A stretch of 64,000 nt of DNA, from positions 14,932-78,931 of the forward strand of contig CADCCW010000001.1 of the NCBI GenBank assembly GCA_902800055.1. Direction: 5' to 3'. The notes below the pieces were generated by a model that searched no databases, was not told where the DNA came from, and was given only the letters and a program-made list of their open reading frames with translations. Origin of the DNA: an uncultured bacterium (GTDB lineage: Bacteria; Verrucomicrobiota; Kiritimatiellia; RFP12; UBA1067). Below, one piece after another: positions 1 to 8,517 of this stretch (within the stretch, counting starts at the first letter, position 1; each line of letters begins with the position of its first letter). The position numbers and the translations under genes were made by a program.

Positions 1-865
1 TCGAGAAGCGGATCTCCGGGAGCGACCGCTCGTCGGTCTCGGCGATCCAGCGGCCGTCGAGCTTTCGCGCGTGGATCTCCGGGTTGACGAACTCGACGCG
101 CTCGCGCTCGCTGGGGAACTGGCGCCCGGGGCGGCCGTCGAGCGAACGGAGCGCGACCATGGCGGCGGCGAAGCGCTCCTTGGAAAAGCCGTGCGCCTTG
201 CAGATCGCGTCGGTCCGCCCGGCCTCGATGTCGGCGAGGTGGCCGGAGACGATTTTGCGGACGTCCTCGCGGACGGCAGGGTCGGCGATCGACTCGAGCT
301 GGGAGAGGAGGCACTCCTCCACCGTGCGCGAGCCACAGCCTGGCGGGTCGAGGTCGCGGATCTTCGCAAGCACGGCAATGACCTCGTCCTCGCTCTTGCC
401 GAACGCCATCGCCACGTCGGCAAGCGAGCCTTTGTAATACCCCTTCTCGTCCAGGTCGCCGATCAGCACCTCGGCCATCGGGAAGTCGGCCGGGTCGATG
501 TCGGAAAGCGGCAGCTGCTCGACGAGATGGCCCTGCAGCGTCTCCTCCTTGACCAGGTTGTCGAAGAACGCCTGGCGGCGCTCGGCCGCCTCCTCGTCGT
601 GCCCGACGGTGGGCTCGTAGCCGTCCTCGGGGAAGTCCGGCTCGTCCTGCTCCCGCTCGCGGTCGAGCTTGGCCTCCACCTCGGAAAGCGGCGTCTCGAG
701 CGGATGGTCCATGTCCTCGATCGCCGGGTTGGCGCTCATCTCCGCGGCGATTTCGGCGCGCAGCTCCGGCAGCGACATCGCCAGCAGCTTCAGCCCCTGC
801 ATCTGGCGGCCGGAGATCGCGAGCTTCTGCTGCTGCGCGGCGGTCATGGACATGGACTGGTTCAT
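1..865 (-). CDS. rpoN: RNA polymerase sigma-54 factor, N-terminal ~288 codons (rest lies beyond the window edge)
   Basis: Absent from the ORF track because it has no stop inside the window. My translation of the minus strand from ATG 865..863 gives MNQSMSMTAAQQQKLAISGRQMQGLKLLAMSLPELRAEIAAEMSANPAIEDMDHPLE... This is a Gln/Leu-rich region I followed by an acidic region II, as in sigma-54. The frame is open to position 2 with G/C-dominated third positions. ATGA start/stop overlap with the upstream gene. Confidence 0.85.
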   Translation of the reverse strand, partial: MNQSMSMTAAQQQKLAISGRQMQGLKLLAMSLPELRAEIAAEMSANPAIEDMDHPLETPLSEVEAKLDREREQDEPDFPEDGYEPTVGHDEEAAERRQAFFDNLVKEETLQGHLVEQLPLSDIDPADFPMAEVLIGDLDEKGYYKGSLADVAMAFGKSEDEVIAVLAKIRDLDPPGCGSRTVEECLLSQLESIADPAVREDVRKIVSGHLADIEAGRTDAICKAHGFSKERFAAAMVALRSLDGRPGRQFPSERERVEFVNPEIHARKLDGRWIAETDERSLPEIRFS

Positions 866-1764
866 CTCTCGGGCGGCTCCAAAATCCAGCGCTTGTTGTA
901 CCAGTACCAGTCGCCGGGGCGCTTGCGCACCTCACGGTCGATGAGCGACATCGCCTCGCGCGTGATCCGCTCCGCCTCGGCGCGTGGGTCGGCGGCGGCT
1001 GGGTCGGGGCGGAGGGTGGCGATGTGGTTGAAGACGTGGCGGGAGCCCTCGCGCATCATCTGCGCCACCACCACCGGCGAGCCGCAGCGGACGGCGAACA
1101 TCGCGCCGGCGCGGCTGACGTTGGCCTTGCCGCCGAAGAAGTCCGCCTCGACGTCGCGCTTGCGCACCCTGAGGTCGGGCAGGATGGCGAACACGCGCCC
1201 CGCCTCGAGCCCGGCGCGGATCTTCGCGAGCGTGTCGCGGCAGTCGCGGTCCAGCACCTCCACCGCGCCGTACTGGCGGTTCATCCACGCGTCGATCTTC
1301 GGGTTGCGCTGGCGCGCGGCGATGGCGAAGAGCCTGAGCCCGTAGACCGCCATCGACCACGCCGCCATGTACCAGTTACCGGAGTGGGGCACCATCACCA
1401 CCACGCCGTGCCCTTCGTCGGCGTAGGACTGGAGGCGCTCCTTGTACTTGAGCCCGTCCAACACATGACGGTCCATCCACCTGCGGCCGAGCTTCGGCGC
1501 GCGCATCATCTCGACCGCGTTGAGGAGCATGTTCTGGAGCGAGCGGACGGCGACGCGGCGCACCTCGCGCGCGGACATCTCCGGGAACACCGAGCGGATG
1601 CGCCCCTCGGTGCGGCGGCGCTTGAAGGCGAAGACGCGGACGAGGGTCCAGCCCGCGGCGCGGGCGAGCGCCGCGGCGCAGCAGTAGGGAAGCGCGTTCA
1701 CGAGCCCGCACGCGAGGCGCAGCCCGGCGTACTCGGCGTTTACCGCAGCTCTTCCCTTGGCCAT
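862..1764 (-). CDS. Lipid A biosynthesis (Kdo2-lipid IVA) lauroyl/myristoyl acyltransferase family protein
   Basis: 300-aa ORF of normal composition. It has an N-terminal membrane anchor, a VVMVPHSGNWYMAAW acyltransferase H-box region and a PGDWYWYNKRW C-terminus typical of the LpxL/HtrB family. Confidence 0.75.
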   Translation of the reverse strand: MAKGRAAVNAEYAGLRLACGLVNALPYCCAAALARAAGWTLVRVFAFKRRRTEGRIRSVFPEMSAREVRRVAVRSLQNMLLNAVEMMRAPKLGRRWMDRHVLDGLKYKERLQSYADEGHGVVVMVPHSGNWYMAAWSMAVYGLRLFAIAARQRNPKIDAWMNRQYGAVEVLDRDCRDTLAKIRAGLEAGRVFAILPDLRVRKRDVEADFFGGKANVSRAGAMFAVRCGSPVVVAQMMREGSRHVFNHIATLRPDPAAADPRAEAERITREAMSLIDREVRKRPGDWYWYNKRWILEPPER

Positions 1765-1769
1765 CGCGC

Positions 1770-2234
1770 CTACTGCGCCTCGGCGAGGTTGCGCCGGGCG
1801 TCCTCGATCGCGCGGCAGACGGCGCGCGAGGTGATCGTCGCGGCGGTGATCGCCTCGATGTCGCCGCCGTCCTTCTTCACCTTGAGCGAGGTCGCGTCCT
1901 TCCCCGCGAACTGCCCTGCGAACTCGGGCGTCTTCAGCTTCATCCCGAGGCCGGGCGTCTCCGACGCCTGCAGCACCTTGTAGGAGATGACGGTCTTCTT
2001 GTCCTTTTTGAAGCCGACCATCAGCACGATGTCGCCGCCGTAGCCGTCCTTGCAGCGGCCCTCCGCGGTGAAGCCGTCCTCGCCGCAGAGGACGGCCGCC
2101 TTCGCCGCCTCGCGGGCCTTCGCGGCAGTGGCCTTGATCGGCTCGGCGGTGATGCCGTTCACGTACGCAAGCACCGCGGCGCAGACGCCGCTGATGAGCG
2201 TGAGGCTGACGACGAGACTAAGTATCTTCTTCAT
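1770..2234 (-). CDS. rnfG: Rnf electron-transport complex subunit G (FMN-binding)
   Basis: MKKILSLVVSLTLISGVCAAVLAYVN anchor. The FMN_bind region reads GYGGDIVLMVGF...ETPGLG...IEAITAATITSRAV. I chose the start at Met 2234 (the track starts at 2249) because it leaves a 1-nt gap after the rnfD stop. Confidence 0.85.
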   Translation of the reverse strand: MKKILSLVVSLTLISGVCAAVLAYVNGITAEPIKATAAKAREAAKAAVLCGEDGFTAEGRCKDGYGGDIVLMVGFKKDKKTVISYKVLQASETPGLGMKLKTPEFAGQFAGKDATSLKVKKDGGDIEAITAATITSRAVCRAIEDARRNLAEAQ

Positions 2235-2235
2235 A

Positions 2236-3237
2236 TCACTTCGCTCCAAAAGGCTTCGGCTGGGTCCAGCGGTTGATGAGGGGGCAGACTGCGTTCATGA
2301 TCAGGATCGCGAACGAGCAGCCCTCGGGATAGGAGCCGAACTGGCGGATGAGCATGCAGACGAGTCCGCAGCCGCAGCCGAAGATCAGCTTGCCCTTGGC
2401 GGTGATCGGGCTCGTCACGTAGTCCGTCGCCATGAAGCACGCGCCGATCATCACGCCGCCGGTGAGGACCTGCATCGTCGCCGGCGCGCCGCCCGCGATC
2501 AGCGAATAGACGAACACCGTCGCGATGAAGGCGACCGGGATGTGCCAGGTGATGACCTTGCGGAAGAGGAGATACGCCGCGCCGATCGCGATTGCAATCG
2601 CCGACACCTCGCCGATGCAGCCGGGGATGTTGCCGATCGCCATGTCCCAGAGGCCGGGCACGCCCTTGCAGGCGGCGTTGCAGAGCCCGTGCGGCGTCGC
2701 CGACGACATCGCCTCGGCGCCGAACCAGGTCTTCATCACGGCGAGCGGCGTCGCGGTCGTCATCGCCTCGGGCGTCTTCCACCAGAACGGCTTGAGCCAG
2801 GTGGTCATCGGTCCGGTGAAGCTGATGAGCATGAACGCGCGCGCGGCGAGCGCGGGGTTGAACGGGTTCATCCCGAGCCCGCCGAACACCTGCTTGGCGA
2901 CGCCGATCGCGAACACCGAGCCGACGACCGCCATCCAGAGCGGCAGCCCCGCCGGCAGGTTAAGCGCGAGGAGCAGGCCGGTCACGACGGCCGAGAGGTC
3001 GCCGATGGTGTTCTCGCGCTTCATCGCGAGGCGGCACAGCGCCTCCGTGACGATGCAGGTCGAGACGCAGGTCGCGATCGTCCAGACCGCCGGCATCCCG
3101 AAGAACCAGATGCCCGCGGCGGTAGTCGGCAAGAGCGCGATGATCACGTCGAGCATGATGCGCGACACGCTCGCGCGCCCGTGCGCGTGCGGCGACGAGC
3201 TCAGTATGTAGTGTTCCGCTGTTTCCTTCGGTTTCAT
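2236..3237 (-). CDS. rnfD: Rnf electron-transport complex subunit D
   Basis: 333-aa polytopic membrane protein with LSSSPHAHG near the N-terminus and the GACFMATDYVTSP motif characteristic of RnfD/NqrB. Confidence 0.9.
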   Translation of the reverse strand: MKPKETAEHYILSSSPHAHGRASVSRIMLDVIIALLPTTAAGIWFFGMPAVWTIATCVSTCIVTEALCRLAMKRENTIGDLSAVVTGLLLALNLPAGLPLWMAVVGSVFAIGVAKQVFGGLGMNPFNPALAARAFMLISFTGPMTTWLKPFWWKTPEAMTTATPLAVMKTWFGAEAMSSATPHGLCNAACKGVPGLWDMAIGNIPGCIGEVSAIAIAIGAAYLLFRKVITWHIPVAFIATVFVYSLIAGGAPATMQVLTGGVMIGACFMATDYVTSPITAKGKLIFGCGCGLVCMLIRQFGSYPEGCSFAILIMNAVCPLINRWTQPKPFGAK

Positions 3238-3285
3238 AGACTACCTCTTCGGTTTTCTCCTTTTTCTAACATTCTGCGTTTCAGG

Positions 3286-4587
3286 TCATTTACCATGACC
3301 CCTAAGAGCTGCTCCGGCACGGCGCATGAGGGGACTTCGCCTAGAAGGGAAAGGACACGGCGACGACGACCTCAACCACTCATCATATTTTCTATTCGCC
3401 TCTTCAAGCGACATTCCCCTTCCTTCCGCCCACTTGGTTCTTAATTCATCAAGGCGTCTTGCTTCCTCTTCTTTGAACCACTTGAGTTCCTCCAAATCCT
3501 CTTCTCGCGAGGTCCATGTAACGATCTTCCCATCAGGATCAATTTTGCAATACCTATCATGTCTCCAGTTGCCAGTGATACCAACGATAAGCGATTTGTC
3601 ACCGCCACATATCCAAACATTCATAAAATCACCCGAATTATCAATCACACAATTAAACTTCTTTTCCGCTTCCAAAACAAGTTTGTCATATTCTTCACCA
3701 AGACCATTCGGCCATGTACTCCAATACTCCCATTGTTTCTTACGCTCCTCCTCTTGGCGCTTGCGTTCCAATTCCGCCTGGCGCTCGCGCTCCAATTCCG
3801 CTTGCCGGAGAGCCAACTCCTCTTCCTTTGCCGCCTCCTGTTGTCGAGCCTCCTCAGCCTCCTTGTTGGGGTCAACCAACAAATTTAGCGCGGCGGCGCT
3901 CCTGGCACGCTCCTTCTCCCTTGCCTCTGCTCTAGCCGCAATGCGTTCGCGACATTGAGTAGATAATAGTTTCAGCCGCGCAATGTCGTTCGTCGCATAA
4001 GTCAAACCTCCATTCACAGCCGTCAAATACAGATCGACAACATACCCGCTAGCAACATCATTCGTGTATGAAAAATGCCCACTGCCCAGATCAGAAACCA
4101 CACCATCTGGCATCTTCAATGCCGCCAAATTAATATAGTTTAATGTAAGCACCATGGCGACATCATAAATACTTCTCCGCATATTCTCCGGCAAATGCGC
4201 ATAGCCTCCTTCGAACAGATCATTCTCATCACGAAGAGCATAGACCTCGAAATACAAACCTGCAAGGTAACACGCATTCGGGTCCTTGAGCCCTACCGCT
4301 GTCTGCAAAAACTTTCCGCCCGCCACTGCGTCCCGCTCCACACCATCACCATTAAAGAAATAATACGACAACCAATAATACGCCTTTGGATCGTTCTCCT
4401 TCGCACGTTCAACCGCGTCTTCGAATTTGATTTTGTCCTTTTCAGGGAATGGAATGAACGCTGCCGTCATATCTGGAATACTTCCTTCTCTGGCGGCACT
4501 TTGCGACAAGGCCTCGCCCGCAAAAATGGCACAGACAAGAACTACAAAAATCAGTTTTATCTTCACCGTTTCTCTCCTTCCCCGCAT
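3286..4587 (-). CDS. Secreted Sel1-like repeat / coiled-coil protein of unknown function
   Basis: Signal-like N-terminus KIKLIFVVLVCAIFAGEALS. Sel1-like units are AYYWLSYYFFNGDGVERDAVAGGKFLQTAV and ACYLAGLYFE. The central charged coiled coil (EEARQQEAAKEEELALRQAELERERQAELERKRQEEERKKQ) is encoded by a 24-nt tandem repeat at about 3757-3810. The C-terminal domain is Trp/Cys-containing. Lies in AT-rich DNA. Confidence 0.6.
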   Translation of the reverse strand: MRGRRETVKIKLIFVVLVCAIFAGEALSQSAAREGSIPDMTAAFIPFPEKDKIKFEDAVERAKENDPKAYYWLSYYFFNGDGVERDAVAGGKFLQTAVGLKDPNACYLAGLYFEVYALRDENDLFEGGYAHLPENMRRSIYDVAMVLTLNYINLAALKMPDGVVSDLGSGHFSYTNDVASGYVVDLYLTAVNGGLTYATNDIARLKLLSTQCRERIAARAEAREKERARSAAALNLLVDPNKEAEEARQQEAAKEEELALRQAELERERQAELERKRQEEERKKQWEYWSTWPNGLGEEYDKLVLEAEKKFNCVIDNSGDFMNVWICGGDKSLIVGITGNWRHDRYCKIDPDGKIVTWTSREEDLEELKWFKEEEARRLDELRTKWAEGRGMSLEEANRKYDEWLRSSSPCPFPSRRSPLMRRAGAALRGHGK

Positions 4588-4976
4588 TTGCCTTGCCGCG
4601 TTACCTCTTTCTCGAGGGCAAGAAGATAACGGTCGTAGTCAATCTTGAAACCGAGAGCGATTATGACTTGCAGATTGTAGTGGTTGACAGCGTATCTCTT
4701 GCCATCATCGGCAGTTATTAAAATTTCTTTAATAACTGCGCTCTTGTCCAGCTCGGCATCTGCAAAAAGCTTGCGCAAGTGATATGCGATATTCGGCACC
4801 TCCACCCCATACACCGCCGCGAGCATCTTCTGGCTCATCCAGATGTTCTCGTCCTCGTAGCGGATTTCGTACTTCTCCCCGCCAGTTCCCGCGGAGGCAA
4901 TGTAGGTGAGGAACTGCGCCGCAGACGACTTCTGCGGTTCCAGCTCCAAATTCACCTTTTTCTGCTTCTTTGCCAC
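4563..4976 (-). pseudogene. RhuM-family (virulence/mobile-island associated) protein, N-terminal fragment only
   Basis: AQFLTYIASAGTGGEKYEIRYEDENIWMSQKMLAAVYGVEVPNIAYHLRKLFADAELDKSAV...HYNLQVIIALGFKI follows the conserved RhuM N-terminal pattern. The ORF ends after about 115 homologous residues in an unrelated tail and overlaps the next ORF. From memory, full-length RhuM proteins are much longer. Confidence 0.6.
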
Positions 4977-5000
4977 GGGTTGACTCGGTGTCTTTGCTCT

Positions 5001-6386
5001 CTACTTTGCGGCCGCGGCGGCGGCCTTGGCCTTCTCTGCGGCGATGCGCGCGCGGATGGACGCCTTCGCGCGGCGGCAGCTCTGGGTGATGGTGCGGTAG
5101 GCCGGGCAGCCGAAGCTGCACGCGCCGCATTCGATGCAGTCCATCACGTGCGCGTCCTCCGCCGCCTTGACGTCGTTCGCGTCCACGACCCGCGAGATGA
5201 GCGCGGGGTTGAGGTTCATCGGGCAGGCGCGGACGCACCGGCCGCAGCCGATGCACGCGCCCGACGCGTACTGGAAGACGCGCTTCTTCGAAAGAAGCAG
5301 CAGCCCCGAGGTCGTCTTGGTGGTGCCGATCTCCAGCGTCGAGACGGCGAAGCCCATCATCGTGCCGCCGGAGATCACCTTGGCCGGCGGCTCCTTCTCG
5401 CCGCCGCAGAACGCGACCAGGTCGGAGTACTTGGTGCCGCTCGGCGCCAGCACGTTCTTCGGCTCCGCCACGGCGTCGCCCGAGACCGTCGTCACGCGCT
5501 CGAGGAGCGGCTCGCCCTTCTCCACCGCGTCGGCTATCGCCGCGACGGTGCCGACGTTCTCCACCACGCAGCCGACGTCGATCGGCAGCGCCGGCGGCTC
5601 TGGGACTACGCGCCCGACCGTCGCGTAGATCTGGTGCTTTTCGCTTCCCTGTGGATAGAGAACCGGGAGGACGACGATCTCGACGTTGCCATCGATGTCG
5701 GCAAACGCCTTCTCCATCGCGGCAATCGCCTCGGGCTTGTTCGCCTCGATCGCAATGCGCACCGCCGGCCCGCCCAGGACCTTGCGCATGATCTCGACGC
5801 CGACGCGGATGCGGTCGGCGCGCTCGAGCATGACACGGAAGTCCGCGGTCAGATACGGCTCGCACTCCGCGCCGTTCAGGACCAGATACTCGCAGCGCTT
5901 CGCCGGCGGCGGATTGAGCTTGACGGCGGTCGGGAAGCCGGCGCCGCCCATGCCGCAGATGCCCGCCTGCTCGACGCGCTTCAGCAATTCCTCCCTCGAG
6001 GCCGTCTTCCAGTCGAGCGGCGCAAGAACGGGCGAAACGCCCGGAACCGCGCCCTCCGGCGCCTCTGCCGTCGTGTCCAGGATCACCGCGTCGGCCTTGG
6101 CGCCGGTCGGTCCCGGACGCTTCTCCACCGCCTTGACGAGGCCGTCCGCCGGCGCGCGCACGAGGACGGAGATGAAGCCGTTCTTCTCGCCGATCACCTG
6201 GCCGCGGCGCACGAAATCGCCCGCCTTCACGACGCACTTCGCCGGCGCGCCGAGGTGCTGGCTCATCGAGACGACCAGCTCCGCCGGCACCGGCATCCGC
6301 TCGATCGCCTTGCCGCGCGCGAGTTCCTTGTTGTAGTCGGGGTGGACCCCGCCCTTGAACTTAAACGGACTTTTGACCGTCTTCAT
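5001..6386 (-). CDS. rnfC: Rnf electron-transport complex subunit C (NADH/FMN-binding, 2x[4Fe-4S])
   Basis: KFKGGVHPDYNK N-terminus, GICGMGGAGFPTAVK, LNGAECEPYLTAD, and two ferredoxin motifs CIGCGRCVRACP and CIECGACSFGCP. Confidence 0.92.
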   Translation of the reverse strand: MKTVKSPFKFKGGVHPDYNKELARGKAIERMPVPAELVVSMSQHLGAPAKCVVKAGDFVRRGQVIGEKNGFISVLVRAPADGLVKAVEKRPGPTGAKADAVILDTTAEAPEGAVPGVSPVLAPLDWKTASREELLKRVEQAGICGMGGAGFPTAVKLNPPPAKRCEYLVLNGAECEPYLTADFRVMLERADRIRVGVEIMRKVLGGPAVRIAIEANKPEAIAAMEKAFADIDGNVEIVVLPVLYPQGSEKHQIYATVGRVVPEPPALPIDVGCVVENVGTVAAIADAVEKGEPLLERVTTVSGDAVAEPKNVLAPSGTKYSDLVAFCGGEKEPPAKVISGGTMMGFAVSTLEIGTTKTTSGLLLLSKKRVFQYASGACIGCGRCVRACPMNLNPALISRVVDANDVKAAEDAHVMDCIECGACSFGCPAYRTITQSCRRAKASIRARIAAEKAKAAAAAAK

Positions 6387-7639
6387 CTTGTCTTCTCCTT
6401 CCCGAGGCCGATCTTCTTGCAGACGTTGTCATGGATGCGATATCCGTCTGGCAGCGACTGCCCTTGGCCATTATGCGCATTGCAATAGACGAGCCCGTGG
6501 GGCGCCTCCTCGAAGACATTGCCCGAAACGTCAATGTCAACCGAATCGGTCTCCATGGCGTAGACGAGGAGCGGCGTCGCCGCCTTCCGGCACGGACGGG
6601 CCGTCTCGCCCCAACCGCCGCCAACACGCAGGGTGCGGTTTCCCGTAAAGGAACAGTTCGCGAAACCCACGCCATTCGGAGCATTCCGGCACCAGACCTC
6701 AAACGCCTGGCTGCAGTCCGTCATCGTGCAATCGCGGCACAGTACGTTCCGCCAGCCCTTCTTCGGATAGCCCTGCATCGTAAAGGCCACGTCGTAGACG
6801 CCGCGGAAGGAACAGCGCTCGATGATGACGTTCTCGGCGTCGCCGCCCAGTTCGACGCCGTTGCCGAAGCGAACGCGGAATCCCCGTTCCTTCTCGAACC
6901 CCGGCAGCTCCGATCCGCCGATGTTCTCGAGATCGCAGTCCGCGATGCGGACGTCGCGAACCGAATTGCCCCAGCCGGCATGCATGCCGTGCGCGCCCGT
7001 CGCGCGGACCGCGATGTTGCTGATGACGGTGAACGAGCCGAACTGGACGCAGTATACGCGCAGCGCCACGCGGATGTCCTTCGCCAGCTTCGCCGGATTC
7101 TCGTCCGCATGCACGCACAGCCAGCCATCCGTGCCACAGAAATCCCACGGCGAGACGAGATCAGCGCGGCAATACCGACGCCACGGCTTCAGCGCGCCAT
7201 CCACCAGCAGGAAGCCTGGATTGCAGTCCGTCGAGACGAGTCCCTCGTAATTCGAGGGGTTGGAAAGGTCGATCCGCCAGAAGCAGTGCGACAGATCCTC
7301 CCAAGCGGACGGATCGTTTCGCAGGTTCTTCGTCGCGGAAATGACAGGCTTCGGCCCCTCTCCCCAGCTCGTCACCACAGTCGGACGCCGCGCATCCAGT
7401 CCCGCTGCCGGACGCAGCTGTCCGTAGAAGACGTCCCCGCTCTTCAGACACAATGTCGCGCCCCCCGGCAGCTCCGCGGAGGCCTTCGCCAAGGTGCGCC
7501 ACGCCGTTGCCGGCGTCCGCCCGTCCGCCGCGTCGTCGCCGGCGTTCGCCAAGTAGCGCGTCTCGACCGCGACCCCGCGCGCACCTGCGCACGCAAGAGT
7601 CGTCGCCAAGGCCAGCGCCACTCGTGTCAAACCGCTCAT
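6383..7639 (-). CDS. Secreted right-handed parallel beta-helix (pectate-lyase-fold) protein
   Basis: The real start is Met 7639 (MSGLTRVALALATTLACAGARG, a signal peptide). The upstream part of track ORF 6383..8434 is an Arg-rich shadow of rnfB. Repetitive beta-helix-like segments are present (NIAVRATGAHGMHAGWGNSVRDVRIADCDLENIGG..., VIIERCSFRGVYDV, CRDCTMTDCSQAFEV). ATGA overlap with the rnfC start. Confidence 0.65.
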   Translation of the reverse strand: MSGLTRVALALATTLACAGARGVAVETRYLANAGDDAADGRTPATAWRTLAKASAELPGGATLCLKSGDVFYGQLRPAAGLDARRPTVVTSWGEGPKPVISATKNLRNDPSAWEDLSHCFWRIDLSNPSNYEGLVSTDCNPGFLLVDGALKPWRRYCRADLVSPWDFCGTDGWLCVHADENPAKLAKDIRVALRVYCVQFGSFTVISNIAVRATGAHGMHAGWGNSVRDVRIADCDLENIGGSELPGFEKERGFRVRFGNGVELGGDAENVIIERCSFRGVYDVAFTMQGYPKKGWRNVLCRDCTMTDCSQAFEVWCRNAPNGVGFANCSFTGNRTLRVGGGWGETARPCRKAATPLLVYAMETDSVDIDVSGNVFEEAPHGLVYCNAHNGQGQSLPDGYRIHDNVCKKIGLGKEKTR

Positions 7640-7641
7640 TC

Positions 7642-8451
7642 TCAGTGTCCGGTTTCGAAGTGGGGGTCGACCGACATGCACTTGGCCGGGCATTTGGCGA
7701 CTATCTGCTCGTCGTCCGGCGGGTTCGCGTAGTTGACCTTGGCGAGGAAGCCCTGGAACTCGAAGTGCCCGGCCTCCTTGCCGCCGGAGTTCTTCTCGCA
7801 GAGATGGCAGCCCATGCAGCCGACGCCGCAGACCTTGCGCACCGCCGGGCCCTTGTCGGGATTGGCGCAAAGGACGTGGATCGTCGCCGACGCGGGGACG
7901 AGCTCGATGATGTGCTTCGGGCACGCGGTCACGCACTTGCCGCAGCCGATGCAGAGGCGCTTGTCCACCTTGGCGAGGCCGTCGTGGATCGAGATCGCGC
8001 CCTTGGGGCAGACGTTCGCGCACGCGCCGTAGCCGAGGCACCCGTAGGTGCAGCCCTTGTCGCCGCCCGCCGTCATCGCGGCGACGCCGCAGTCGCAGAT
8101 ACCGTTGTAGTCGCCGACGCGGATCGCCTCCGAGCGCGTGCCGCAGCACTTGACGAGCGCGACGCGACGCTCGGTCGCCGTCGCCTCCACGCCGAGGATC
8201 TTCGCAATCTCCTTCGCGCAAGCGTCGCCGCCGGCCGCGCAGGCGCCGTTGGGCGCGGTCCCCGCGACGAGAGCGCGCGCGTAGCCGTCGCAGCCGGGGA
8301 AGCCGCAGCCGCCGCAGTTCGCGCCGGGGAGCGCGGCGGTCACGAGCCCGATGCGCGGGTCCTCCTTGACGCTGAGGTAACGGTCCGCCACGGCGAGCGC
8401 GACGGCCGCGACGAACCCCACGCCGGCGATGCACACTATTGCGATGGTCAT
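7642..8451 (-). CDS. rnfB: Rnf electron-transport complex subunit B (polyferredoxin)
   Basis: N-terminal anchor, then the CGGCGFPGCDGYA cluster motif and several ferredoxin motifs (CLGYGACANVCP, CIGCGKCVTACP, CMGCHLCEKN). Confidence 0.9.
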   Translation of the reverse strand: MTIAIVCIAGVGFVAAVALAVADRYLSVKEDPRIGLVTAALPGANCGGCGFPGCDGYARALVAGTAPNGACAAGGDACAKEIAKILGVEATATERRVALVKCCGTRSEAIRVGDYNGICDCGVAAMTAGGDKGCTYGCLGYGACANVCPKGAISIHDGLAKVDKRLCIGCGKCVTACPKHIIELVPASATIHVLCANPDKGPAVRKVCGVGCMGCHLCEKNSGGKEAGHFEFQGFLAKVNYANPPDDEQIVAKCPAKCMSVDPHFETGH

Positions 8452-8472
8452 ATGGCAGTTTGTCCTTTTCGA

Positions 8473-8506
8473 GGTGTCTAGGTGTCTAGATTTCTAGGTT
8501 TCTAGG
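8473..8506. repeat. 8-nt period tandem array (GGTGTCTA x2, GATTTCTA, GGTTTCTA, GG..) in the rnfA-rnfB spacer
   Basis: Read directly from the sequence: ggtgtctaggtgtctagatttctaggtttctaggagac. Confidence 0.8.
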
Positions 8507-8517
8507 AGACTGGGATT

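Larger units (their letters stand above)
3238..5000. mobile_element. Low-GC foreign insertion filling the rnfC-rnfD gap (two ORFs, no recombinase seen)
   Basis: The base composition drops abruptly and visibly to AT-rich exactly between the rnfD start (3237) and the rnfC stop (5001). The content is a RhuM-family remnant plus a Sel1/coiled-coil secreted protein. The flanks are typical high-GC core genes. Confidence 0.55.

Noticed and set aside
71-1345. 424-aa plus-strand ORF at the left edge, plus other ORFs overlapping 1-865
   Set aside because: The minus strand encodes a convincing sigma-54 N-terminus and the acyltransferase. The plus-strand product is an Arg/Leu/Ala-rich shadow.
3326-4648. 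Plus-strand ORFs inside the AT-rich insert (3326..3958, 3559..3888, 4195..4629, 4427..4648)
   Set aside because: They are antisense to the Sel1/coiled-coil ORF. They are Ser/Leu/Phe/Ile-rich with no signal, motif or Shine-Dalgarno sequence. The minus-strand ORF is longer and has domain-like organisation.
4729-6488. 502-aa (minus) and 569-aa (plus) ORFs overlapping rnfC
   Set aside because: RnfC in its own frame has all the expected cofactor motifs. The alternatives are Arg/Gly-rich shadows.
7640-8434. N-terminal ~265 residues of track ORF 6383..8434, and similar long N-terminal extensions of ORFs 9500..11119, 10996..12798, 13683..14624, 35842..38511, 46484..48304, 48133..49536, 52957..54333, 59189..59695, 60348..61553, 60824..62923 and 63056..63724
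   Set aside because: These extensions overlap the upstream real gene in another frame and are Arg/Pro/Gly-rich. They precede an internal Met (or GTG/TTG) that gives a typical family N-terminus and a tight 0-4-nt junction with the upstream stop. Starts were moved accordingly.
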